A stretch of 32,222 nucleotides of DNA, from NCBI GenBank assembly GCA_030639065.1, contig DAOWDJ010000015.1, positions 1 to 32,222 on the forward strand, in the 5' to 3' direction. Of the stretch, positions 9,405 through 17,083 are shown piece after piece. A program made the position numbers and the translations under genes. The notes under the pieces are model-generated. The model saw only the letters and a list, made by a program, of their open reading frames with translations. It made no database searches and was not told where the DNA came from. Positions within the stretch are counted from its first letter, which is position 1. Each line of letters begins with the position of its first letter. Origin of the DNA: an archaeon (GTDB lineage: Archaea; Nanobdellota; Nanobdellia; Pacearchaeales; GW2011-AR1).

Positions 9405-10103
9405 CTATTTTATAGTTCCCATATTAGGTGCTGCATGTGTTGCCTGTTTTTTAATTATAAATCTTGAGCCAATCATCTCGGAAATCACTGCATTAATTGA
9501 AAAATTATCAACGGCTGCCCGGAATACCCCTTCGAGTAGTGGGATGTGGACAGCGTCGGAAACTTTATCTAATATTTCTTTAATATCTTTATCACTTAGT
9601 ACAATCCTTGTTAGCTGCTTCTGCCCGATACGGATAACCATTATCGGTTTTCCTACGCCCTGACATTCGATTACAGATATTGATGGATCATTCAATAGTG
9701 GGGTAATCTTACCATAACCTTGACTTGGTCCTGCCTGTGTTCCTGGCGGCGCTGCTGGCGGTACGATTTGAGGAGCCGGAGTTACTCTTTGGGGAATAAG
9801 AGTGGTTTTTTGAGGAATCGATGAAGGTAATGGGGGGCGTGTAATCTTAGGTTTAATCGTAGCCATTTTTGGAATGATTTCTTTTTTATCCATTATTGAC
9901 TGGGTGCTATTAATTGGAGCTCCTCTTCTCTCTCCCAATGATGCATGCATAACTTTTCTAGAAACTTTTGGGACTAAATCTGAATGAATAATTTGCTTGT
10001 TTTCATAATTAAAATTTTTTGCACGAATGTTTTGAATGATTGCAAATACAAATTTTTGAATAAAGGGTTCCTCCGCTATACTAGAAATTGCTTTAGAATT
10101 CAT
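9405..10103 (-). CDS. Hypothetical protein: Pro-rich linker plus the N-terminal domain of type II/IV secretion ATPases, with no ATPase domain
   Basis: GYGKITPLLNDPSISVIECQGVGKPIMV resembles the FlaI/TadA N-domain; no Walker A motif. Confidence 0.65.
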   Translation of the reverse strand: MNSKAISSIAEEPFIQKFVFAIIQNIRAKNFNYENKQIIHSDLVPKVSRKVMHASLGERRGAPINSTQSIMDKKEIIPKMATIKPKITRPPLPSSIPQKTTLIPQRVTPAPQIVPPAAPPGTQAGPSQGYGKITPLLNDPSISVIECQGVGKPIMVIRIGQKQLTRIVLSDKDIKEILDKVSDAVHIPLLEGVFRAAVDNFSINAVISEMIGSRFIIKKQATHAAPNMGTIK

Positions 10104-10558
10104 ATCCTTGGAAGTGGCCTTGGATTAGCATGAGGCATCTCTACTTTGGCTTGCATCATTTGTGGTTCCTCAACTCGTCCTCTTAATCTTCCTTCCATCA
10201 AAATTAGACCTTTTGCTATAGTTTTATTTTGATCTAGTAATGAATCAATTTTGTTCAACATATCTTTGTCGTTGCTTTTTCCCCCAGTAATAAAACCTTT
10301 TGCCGCTTCCTCAAAAACTTGTAATAATTTATTGATATTATCTGAAAGCCCTCCAAATTTAACCGACATGTTTGTCATAGCGTGCTGTAACCCAACAAAG
10401 TTTTCAATTAGAAGTTCTTCTCTTTCTTTTGCGGTCATCTTTTTTTCTTTTGGTTTTTTTGTAGTATGCTTTGGGGCATGCTCTTTTGCTGTGGAGGTTT
10501 TTGATTTATCCTCAACAACAGCCTTTGTCGTTGTTGTTTTTGCCACATGTTTTACCAT
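10100..10558 (-). CDS. Hypothetical coiled-coil protein
   Basis: 152-aa ORF with an upstream TATA box and an ATGA overlap with the downstream gene. Confidence 0.8.
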   Translation of the reverse strand: MVKHVAKTTTTKAVVEDKSKTSTAKEHAPKHTTKKPKEKKMTAKEREELLIENFVGLQHAMTNMSVKFGGLSDNINKLLQVFEEAAKGFITGGKSNDKDMLNKIDSLLDQNKTIAKGLILMEGRLRGRVEEPQMMQAKVEMPHANPRPLPRI

Positions 10559-10599
10559 GTTAGAGCTAAGATAAACTTATTTATAAAAGTATTGGGGAT

Positions 10600-10716
10600 A
10601 TGGGCGCGGCAGGAATCGCCTTCGTGTCACAAGGACACTCGGAACGGAAATTAAAATTTCCTAAAGAAAAAGCTAGTTTGTAATTTTCCTTAAACCCCAA
10701 GGGGTTCGATTAAGGA
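10600..10716 (-). repeat. tRNA-Trp 3' cassette: inverted T-arm copy, plus duplicated tRNA 3' end with a 74-nt insert
   Basis: 10600-10618 is identical to 10716-10734 (19 nt). 10699-10711 is an inverted T-arm copy. 10693-10698 is a direct T-stem copy. The insert at 10619-10692 has two hairpins. Confidence 0.85.
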
Positions 10717-10803
10717 TGGGCGCGGCAGGAATCGAACCCACTTCTTCCGGGGTCTCCGAGTAAATTTTTGGAGCCGGACATTCTACCACTATACTACGCA
10801 CCC
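10717..10803 (-). tRNA. tRNA-Trp (CCA) with 16-nt intron at 37/38 (intron 10752-10767)
   Basis: Acceptor GGGTGCG/CGCGCCC and anticodon stem TCCGG/CCGGA. Intron GGAG pairs with CTCC (positions 32-35), followed by a 3-nt bulge (relaxed BHB/BHL). T-arm GTGGG-TTCGATT-CCTGC. Confidence 0.9.
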
Positions 10804-11267
10804 ACATTATGCACTTCCCTATGACAATTAGCGCATAATAATATACATTTCTTCACTTCTTTTAAAGCCTTCTCTTTTGATTTATTCTTAATGATATGAG
10901 CAATATTATCTTCCTTATCCCCCAAGTGATGAAACTCCAGTGCAGATACACATTTGTTATAACCGCATCTAGAACATTTCCCGCCTAGGACATTTATCAA
11001 ATCAATTTTTATTTTCTTTAGCCGTTTTATTTTGGTGTTGTAAATTTCTACCCTATTTTTTTCATAATACCGTTTATCAACAATATTTCTATGTTCTTTA
11101 TTTTTAGGTTTATTGGCTGGTGCTTGGCCTCTTGATAGCCCAAGTCTTGCAGCCTTCTGTTTTATGGAACGAACACTTCTGTTTAAATAAGCTCCAAGTT
11201 CTTCTAGGCTATTATAGGAATTATAATTTTTCTTTAATTCTTCCACATCCTTACTTGTCCATTCCAT
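10794..11267 (-). CDS. HNH endonuclease with N-terminal Myb-like HTH and zinc-binding CxxC pairs
   Basis: WTSKDVEELKKNY...RSVRSIKQKAARLGL; CSRCGY...LEFHH...LLCANCHREVH; the stop codon lies inside tRNA-Trp. Confidence 0.88.
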   Translation of the reverse strand: MEWTSKDVEELKKNYNSYNSLEELGAYLNRSVRSIKQKAARLGLSRGQAPANKPKNKEHRNIVDKRYYEKNRVEIYNTKIKRLKKIKIDLINVLGGKCSRCGYNKCVSALEFHHLGDKEDNIAHIIKNKSKEKALKEVKKCILLCANCHREVHNVGA

Positions 11268-11335
11268 ATTATCTATTAAGAAATAAGTTATTTAAATGCT
11301 CGTACCCTTAGGAAAGTTATGGAGCCAATCAAAAA

Positions 11336-12010
11336 TCAAGCTAGCTTTTTCATCTCTTCTATCTCTGTTGAGGAAATTGCTGCACCTTTAAATTTAACTC
11401 CATAGAGTAATGCGTCTAAAAGATCTTTGCTTTTTTTAATAGAAATTAAATTTTTCTTATATGCTATGAATAGTAATTCAGCAGATCTAATAAATTTGAA
11501 TTTCTTTACTTTACTTAGCAATGATAATTCGGCATCTAGGGATGTGTGCAACTTTTTTTCCATCATTTTTTCTAAATCTTGTGGAGCCTCGGTTAACATT
11601 CTTGTAGTTCTTTCGTCAATAACAATAACATTATCAACTCCACACAAATTTGAAAATGCGAGACAAGAAGCTTCTCCTTCGTGAATAATTTTTATTTTCT
11701 CTCCTGTCTGCGTTGTCCTTAAAACTCCGTTTGTTGTTTTTAGAATTTGTTTAATTTCTATATCTAATTTTTGATTTGGTATGATCTCAGTTGATAATTT
11801 AAAAATACCTCTTTCAATCATATCGTTGACCTGAATTGCCTCTAATTTAAATTTTTTAATCTTCATCGGCCTATCAACAACCTCGTTTCTAACATATGGC
11901 GTTAAAATAAATTCTCCATCGAAGACTCCTTTTAATTTTTCTATAATTGGTAGCATTCCGTTCATCGTCAGAGAAATTATTGGACCAGCGTCGAAGATTA
12001 GGTATTTCAT
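11336..12010 (-). CDS. PIN-domain protein (DUF3368/COG2405-like)
   Basis: LIFDAGPII, V..EVV, HEGEASCLA, VIDERTTR acidic PIN motifs. Confidence 0.75.
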   Translation of the reverse strand: MKYLIFDAGPIISLTMNGMLPIIEKLKGVFDGEFILTPYVRNEVVDRPMKIKKFKLEAIQVNDMIERGIFKLSTEIIPNQKLDIEIKQILKTTNGVLRTTQTGEKIKIIHEGEASCLAFSNLCGVDNVIVIDERTTRMLTEAPQDLEKMMEKKLHTSLDAELSLLSKVKKFKFIRSAELLFIAYKKNLISIKKSKDLLDALLYGVKFKGAAISSTEIEEMKKLA

Positions 12011-12567
12011 CCAAATATCTCCTCTACTATTTTAATCCTTTTTGCAACTGGCATACTAATTGCAAATTTTGAATCTCCAATTGATGACTGCCCAATATAT
12101 GATGCTAAATCCCAAAGACTGACTCCGAGTAATTTTGCTGTTTGTTCTGATGATAAACCGTGCTCGTATAATCTAAACGCTTTATTGATTTCGGCTTTTC
12201 GAAAAATATCTTTAATATATCTTCCCAAATCTCCAGAAATTTTATTTAGTGAATTTCGAATTCTTCCTAGATAGATTCTTGCATTTTCTATGTTGTTTTT
12301 TTCTAATGCACTGATTGTTAATTTTAAATTCTTAATAACCGCATTGTAAAAATCTGGCCACTCTTCCATTTCTCTATAGTGACTTCGTTCTGAAATTTTT
12401 CCTAGAGAATATACTAGAACTGCAACAATAATATTATCCCCATCCTGTGAAATCGCTGCTGAGTGTACTGTTTGTTTTGATAGTGTTTTTAGCTCGTCTG
12501 TTTTATCCTCTTTAATCAAACGCAATGTTTCCCGTAAAATTCGTAAAATATTATCAATCTCTTTCAT
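12007..12567 (-). CDS. Hypothetical protein with C-terminal UPF0175-like HTH
   Basis: AFRLYEHGLSSEQTAKLLGVSLWDL; ATGA overlap with the PIN gene. Confidence 0.7.
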   Translation of the reverse strand: MKEIDNILRILRETLRLIKEDKTDELKTLSKQTVHSAAISQDGDNIIVAVLVYSLGKISERSHYREMEEWPDFYNAVIKNLKLTISALEKNNIENARIYLGRIRNSLNKISGDLGRYIKDIFRKAEINKAFRLYEHGLSSEQTAKLLGVSLWDLASYIGQSSIGDSKFAISMPVAKRIKIVEEIFG

Positions 12568-12617
12568 ATTTAGTCAAATAACTAAACTTATATAAATCTT
12601 CCTTAACTTTTAATAAG

Positions 12618-13001
12618 ATGGAAATATTGCTCGATACGAATTTTATTTTGACGTGTGCTAAGCAGAAAATAGATTTTGCTAGTCTTGCTGATAATATTAT
12701 TGATGAGGAAATAAATTGGATCATTCCACAGGATGTTTTGAATGAGTTAGGTGCCTTAAAAGATAGGGTTGGAATGAAGACCAAAGATAGAGATGCGGCA
12801 AAATTGGGCTTTGAAACAATACAAGATTTAGATGCTCAAATTGTTCAATTACCCGGTAAAAATCCGAATGTTGACATAAAAATCGTGAGTTATATTACGG
12901 ATAAAAATATAGTTCTAGCTAGTATGGATAAGAATTTGAAGTCCCGGATTAATAATAAAATCTTAACGATTCGTGGGAAAAATGACTTGGAATTGGTTTA
13001 A
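12618..13001 (+). CDS. PIN-domain ribonuclease (Fcf1/Utp24-like)
   Basis: ILLDTNF, VLNEL, VD, LASMDKNL; conserved position upstream of rpoE1. Confidence 0.88.
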   Translation: MEILLDTNFILTCAKQKIDFASLADNIIDEEINWIIPQDVLNELGALKDRVGMKTKDRDAAKLGFETIQDLDAQIVQLPGKNPNVDIKIVSYITDKNIVLASMDKNLKSRINNKILTIRGKNDLELV

Positions 13002-13037
13002 CACAACCTTTTTAAATCAAATTTTTCTCACTAGAAT

Positions 13038-13640
13038 ATGTTCTATGAAATTTTAGTAACAGATCACGTAAGAGTAGAGCCAAATAAATTTGGAATGAAT
13101 ACCGATGAGGCTGTGCGAGTGCAATTGGAAGAGTCTTATTCTGGGTTTCAGGATAAAGATATTGGAACTGTAGTCGCGGTTCTTGAGGTTCTCGACGTTA
13201 AAGAGGGAATCATAATTCCTGGTGACGGTGCTGCATATTATGAATCTACTTTTAAAATAATTGTTTTTAGACCAGAATTACAAGAATTAATTTATGGAAC
13301 AATCGAAGAAATTACGAATTTTGGAGCATTTATGAGCATGGGTCCAATTCGTGGAATGATTCATATTTCTCAAACTATGGATGATTTTGTGTCATTTTCG
13401 GACTCTGGAGTCCTTACAGGAAAAGATGGAAAGAAAAATCTAGTTCAGGGGGATAAATGTATCGCGCGAATTGTTGCGATTTCTTATAAGGGTGAGGAAC
13501 CTAAAATTGGTTTAACTATGAGACAACCTGGATTGGGTAAATTGGATTGGGTAAAGGCAGAAAAAGAAAGAAATGACAAACAAACTGAACAGGCTGCGGC
13601 AATTGAAGCTAAGGCTGCTAAAAAGGAGAAAAAGAAATAA
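13038..13640 (+). CDS. rpoE1: DNA-directed RNA polymerase subunit E' (Rpo7)
   Basis: GIIIPGDGAAYY, S1 domain FGAFMSMGPIRGMIHISQ, KIGLTMRQPGLGKLDW. Confidence 0.97.
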   Translation: MFYEILVTDHVRVEPNKFGMNTDEAVRVQLEESYSGFQDKDIGTVVAVLEVLDVKEGIIIPGDGAAYYESTFKIIVFRPELQELIYGTIEEITNFGAFMSMGPIRGMIHISQTMDDFVSFSDSGVLTGKDGKKNLVQGDKCIARIVAISYKGEEPKIGLTMRQPGLGKLDWVKAEKERNDKQTEQAAAIEAKAAKKEKKK

Positions 13641-13831
13641 TGGTAGCAAAAGAAAAATCTTGTTTGAATTGTAAAAAAATTTATTTTGGAGATAAATGTC
13701 CTAATTGTGGAGAGACTCCGGCAAGTGAATCTTTTAAAGGACGAGTCCATATCTTCGATGCGAAGAAATCCGAAATAGCAGATAATATGAAAATAAATAG
13801 TGAAGGCGAATTCGCAATTAAATCGAAATAA
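13640..13831 (+). CDS. spt4: Transcription elongation factor Spt4 (RpoE'')
   Basis: CLNC...CPNC zinc ribbon, SEIA, GEFAIK; follows rpoE1. Confidence 0.95.
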   Translation: MVAKEKSCLNCKKIYFGDKCPNCGETPASESFKGRVHIFDAKKSEIADNMKINSEGEFAIKSK

Positions 13832-14283
13832 TGGAAAGTAAAATAATCAAACAGGAAAAGAACTCTTTTTTGGAGAGAGAAGAAATTGTTTTGGAAATTA
13901 AAAATGATGTTACACCTACCTACGAAGAAGTTAAAACTGAGCTTGGCAAGGATGCAGAATTGACAGTAATAAAAAGAATTAATACAAATTTTGGAAGACG
14001 AATTTTTAGTGTAGATTTGGTTGTATACGATAATATTGAAGCGTTAAAAAAGATCGAGACAATTCCACAAAAAGTTCGAAAAAAAATAGAAGTTGATAAG
14101 AAGGCGAAAGATGAAGCTGATAAGAAGGTTGCTGAAGAAGCCAAGAAAGCTGAGGCTGAGGCAAAAGTTACTGAGGAGCCAAAAGTTGAAGAAGTAAAAC
14201 CTGCCGAGGACATTAAAGAAGGGACTAAAACTGAGGAAGTTAAAGAAGAGACTAAAACTGAGGAGAAAATAGAAAATGATTAA
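13831..14283 (+). CDS. rps24e: 30S ribosomal protein S24e with acidic C-terminal extension
   Basis: KNSFLEREE, TP, INTNFG, VYDN; conserved synteny. Confidence 0.9.
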   Translation: MESKIIKQEKNSFLEREEIVLEIKNDVTPTYEEVKTELGKDAELTVIKRINTNFGRRIFSVDLVVYDNIEALKKIETIPQKVRKKIEVDKKAKDEADKKVAEEAKKAEAEAKVTEEPKVEEVKPAEDIKEGTKTEEVKEETKTEEKIEND

Positions 14284-14509
14284 GTCGAAAATTAAGGGGA
14301 AGAAAAAGCATACTAATAAGCCAACTTCTGTGAAATATAAAAAGTATACTGTCGAGGGTGATAAGATTATTAAGAAGGCGCGAAGTTGTCCAAGATGCGG
14401 ACCTGGAATTTTTTTATCTGTCGGGAAAGGCCGAGCGTATTGTGGACGATGTCATTTTACTGAGTTTGAGAAAAAAGAAGTTGAGTTGAAATTGGAAAGT
14501 GCTGAGTAG
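14276..14509 (+). CDS. rps27ae: 30S ribosomal protein S27ae
   Basis: CPRCGPGIFL...RAYCGRCHFTE. Confidence 0.96.
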   Translation: MIKSKIKGKKKHTNKPTSVKYKKYTVEGDKIIKKARSCPRCGPGIFLSVGKGRAYCGRCHFTEFEKKEVELKLESAE

Positions 14510-14559
14510 ATTGAGAAGTAGTTTTAAAAGTTTATTAAGTTTGATTTGGTTGTTGTTTT

Positions 14560-14769
14560 ATGAAAAAATGGTATACTAGTCTATGGTTTCTTGGTTTACT
14601 GGGAGGTTTAGCATATCTTAGTGATGTGGCTAAAATACCTATAGGAATGATTATATTTGGTATTTCGATTTTGATTCTTGGATTTATAAGATGGAGAGAC
14701 AAACCTAAAGTAAAATGGGAAAAATCCCCAGGTATAATAAAATCCTTTATTTCTGTGATGAAAGAATAA
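14560..14769 (+). CDS. Small hypothetical membrane protein
   Basis: 69 aa with two hydrophobic segments and an upstream TATA-like sequence. Confidence 0.6.
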   Translation: MKKWYTSLWFLGLLGGLAYLSDVAKIPIGMIIFGISILILGFIRWRDKPKVKWEKSPGIIKSFISVMKE

Positions 14770-14845
14770 TTCTTCACTGCCCTAAACTTCAATAGTTTAT
14801 CTTGAGTCTTACATGATTTGAATTATATAGCAGAGATTATTCATC

Positions 14846-14945
14846 GGGGTTTCAAATTTTCGGAGAAAATTATCAAACCCTAGGAGATGCAGTAAAGCGC
14901 TAAAATAGATGCCTTACCGCTCTCTCCTGGGGAAAAAGAGGTGAT
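14846..14945 (-). ncRNA. Candidate structured non-coding RNA
   Basis: Long hairpin CCAGGAGA..GCGGTAAGGC/GCTTTACTGC..TCTCCTAG, whose mismatches are G-U only on the minus strand, plus a second hairpin. BRE/TATA-like CGAAAGCTTTAAAAA lies about 22 nt upstream. Confidence 0.5.
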
Positions 14946-15051
14946 AGTATAACTAATCAGTAATACTTTTTAAAGCTTTCGGTCTGTTGTAATTGGTCAG
15001 TGACACTATGCTATAGAAAATCTTTATTAACTTAAATTATTTTTTAGAGAA

Positions 15052-15837
15052 ATGGAAAAAGGTGATAAAATTAATCAGGATCAATTCTTTAATTTAATTT
15101 CTAGTGAGGAACTGGGTTGGCAGACTATACTTTACGATCTTATTAAAACCGAGCAGTTAGATCCTTGGGATATTAATCTAGGAGTTTTGGCTGATAGATA
15201 TATTGAGGTAATTCAACAGATGGAAGATGCGGATTTTTTTGTTTCGTCTAAAATATTGCTTGCTTGCTCTATCCTCTTACGACTTAAATCTGAGATATTA
15301 ATTAATTCGTATATTCAGGATTTGAATAATGCACTTTACGGGGAGAAGGAAGATAAAAAATATGAAATTGAAAGAATTATGATTGATGAAGATGATTTGC
15401 CGGTTCTGGTTCCGCGAACGCCGATGGCGCGTCATAAGAAGGTAACGTTGAAGGAGTTGATGAATGCTCTTGATTCGGCGATTAATACTGAGAGTCGTCG
15501 TATTAAAAAAGAAATTAAGGGACGTCAAGCAGAAAAATCCATATTGACTGTTATGCCAAAAGGTAATTTTGTTCCATTAAAAGTGAGGATTAAAAGTATT
15601 TTCGGCATTGTCAAAAACCATATTGAAAATAATAATTCTCATATAAAATTCTCGTATCTTGCTCCGACAAAAGAAGAAAAACTTGCATCTTTCGTCCCAA
15701 TGTTGCATCTTTCAAATAATAGTGAAATTTTCCTAAGGCAACCTATCCATTTTGAGGATATACATATAGCTTTGAAGATTCACGATGACGAACGTAGAGA
15801 ATTTGAAAAAGAATTAGGGTTTATAGAAGAAGAATAG
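15052..15837 (+). CDS. scpA: Segregation and condensation protein A (kleisin)
   Basis: LDPWDINL, LLRLKSE, KVTLKELMNAL, FVPMLHL...LRQPIHFEDI. Confidence 0.92.
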   Translation: MEKGDKINQDQFFNLISSEELGWQTILYDLIKTEQLDPWDINLGVLADRYIEVIQQMEDADFFVSSKILLACSILLRLKSEILINSYIQDLNNALYGEKEDKKYEIERIMIDEDDLPVLVPRTPMARHKKVTLKELMNALDSAINTESRRIKKEIKGRQAEKSILTVMPKGNFVPLKVRIKSIFGIVKNHIENNNSHIKFSYLAPTKEEKLASFVPMLHLSNNSEIFLRQPIHFEDIHIALKIHDDERREFEKELGFIEEE

Positions 15838-15935
15838 TCCTCTTTAATATTCAATCTACCCCCTATATATTTTTAAATAAAAAACTTCTTTGGTTTAGAT
15901 GAATTATTTGAAAGGAGGTTTATGAAAAAGAGAAA

Positions 15936-17015
15936 ATGCCATTAGATTTTGCAAAAGAAGCAATTCAAAACGTAGAAGCTAACTCTATTAATTTTGATGA
16001 TTTGAAAGCTGGAAAAGCTAACATCAAAGTTTTCGGATGCGGTGGATGTGGATGTAACATGGCGACCTGGCTTTTCAATAAGGGTATTAATGGTGCTACC
16101 ATTTATGGTATCAACACCGACGCACTCCATTTGTCTATCACAAAATCCGACGAGAAAATTCTTATTGGTAGGGAACTGACACGTGGTTTAGGGTGTGGGG
16201 GTTATCCTAAGAGGGGAAGAGAAGCTGCCAAAGAATCTCTTACTGACCTGAAAAAAGCTGTTTCGAATTCGGATATGGTTTTTGTTCTGGCTGGTTTGGG
16301 AGGTGGATCCGGAACGGGTTCAATTCCGGTAGTTGCTCAATTAGCTAAGGAAGCTGGAGCGGTAGTAATCGCAGTTGTTACAATGCCTTTCGAGGCAGAA
16401 AAAGCAAGAATTGATAAGGCAGAGTTCGGTCTTCAAGAACTTCGAGAAGCTGTCGATACAGTGATTGTATTAGATAATAATCGATTAGTCGACATCGCTG
16501 GTCAGTTACCAATGGAGCAAGCTTTCGCAGTCGCAAACGAATTAGTTTCCACGATGATTAAGGGAATTGTTGAAACAATTACATTACCGTCGTTAATCAA
16601 TCTAGACTATGCAGATGTTTCTTCAATTATGAAGAACGGTGACGTAGCGGTGATTGGTATTGGTGAAGACAATTCAAACGCGCGAGTGGATGCGGCAGTA
16701 CAGCAAGCTTTGACTCATCCGTTATTGGATGTAGATTATCGAGGAGCAACCGGTGCATTGGTTCATATTACGTGTGGTCCTGATTTAAAACTTGAAGAAT
16801 TTGATACTATTGGACGTCTTGTAACAGAAAACTTGTCACCAGAAGCACAGGTTATTATAGGAGCAAGAGTCAATAAAGAATTCCAGGGAAGAGTAAGAGT
16901 CATTACAATAATGACGGGAGTTAAATCTCCTTACATCTTAGGGAAAAATTCTAGTACTTTTGATAACGACGATACAATTAGCGCCAACGAACTCGGCTTA
17001 GACGATTTAAGTTAA
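15936..17015 (+). CDS. ftsZ: Cell division protein FtsZ (archaeal FtsZ2-like)
   Basis: GLGGGSGTG tubulin signature, INTD, LINLDYAD, PLLDVDYRGA. Confidence 0.97.
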   Translation: MPLDFAKEAIQNVEANSINFDDLKAGKANIKVFGCGGCGCNMATWLFNKGINGATIYGINTDALHLSITKSDEKILIGRELTRGLGCGGYPKRGREAAKESLTDLKKAVSNSDMVFVLAGLGGGSGTGSIPVVAQLAKEAGAVVIAVVTMPFEAEKARIDKAEFGLQELREAVDTVIVLDNNRLVDIAGQLPMEQAFAVANELVSTMIKGIVETITLPSLINLDYADVSSIMKNGDVAVIGIGEDNSNARVDAAVQQALTHPLLDVDYRGATGALVHITCGPDLKLEEFDTIGRLVTENLSPEAQVIIGARVNKEFQGRVRVITIMTGVKSPYILGKNSSTFDNDDTISANELGLDDLS

Positions 17016-17046
17016 AAACAAAACCAATTTTTTATTTTATTTTATT

Positions 17047-17071
17047 TTCTCGCTTCTTATTGAGGCGAGAA
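17047..17071. terminator. Hairpin with T-rich flanks between convergent ftsZ and nitroreductase genes
   Basis: TTCTCGCTTC-TTATT-GAGGCGAGAA stem-loop and oligo-T tracts. Confidence 0.5.
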
Positions 17072-17083
17072 TCAAATTATTTT

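Noticed and set aside
10600-11267. Integrated provirus or integrative element bounded by att sites
   Set aside because: The duplicated tRNA ends are only about 100-120 bp apart, there is no integrase or viral gene, and the HNH gene lies on the 5' side of the tRNA.
11299-11307. GGGTACGAG upstream of the HNH gene as a duplicated tRNA-Trp 5' end
   Set aside because: The match is too short and imperfect, and it lies in the promoter region.
14223-14263. Direct repeat ACTAAAACTGAGGA
   Set aside because: It is a coding repeat (TKTEE) in the low-complexity S24e tail.
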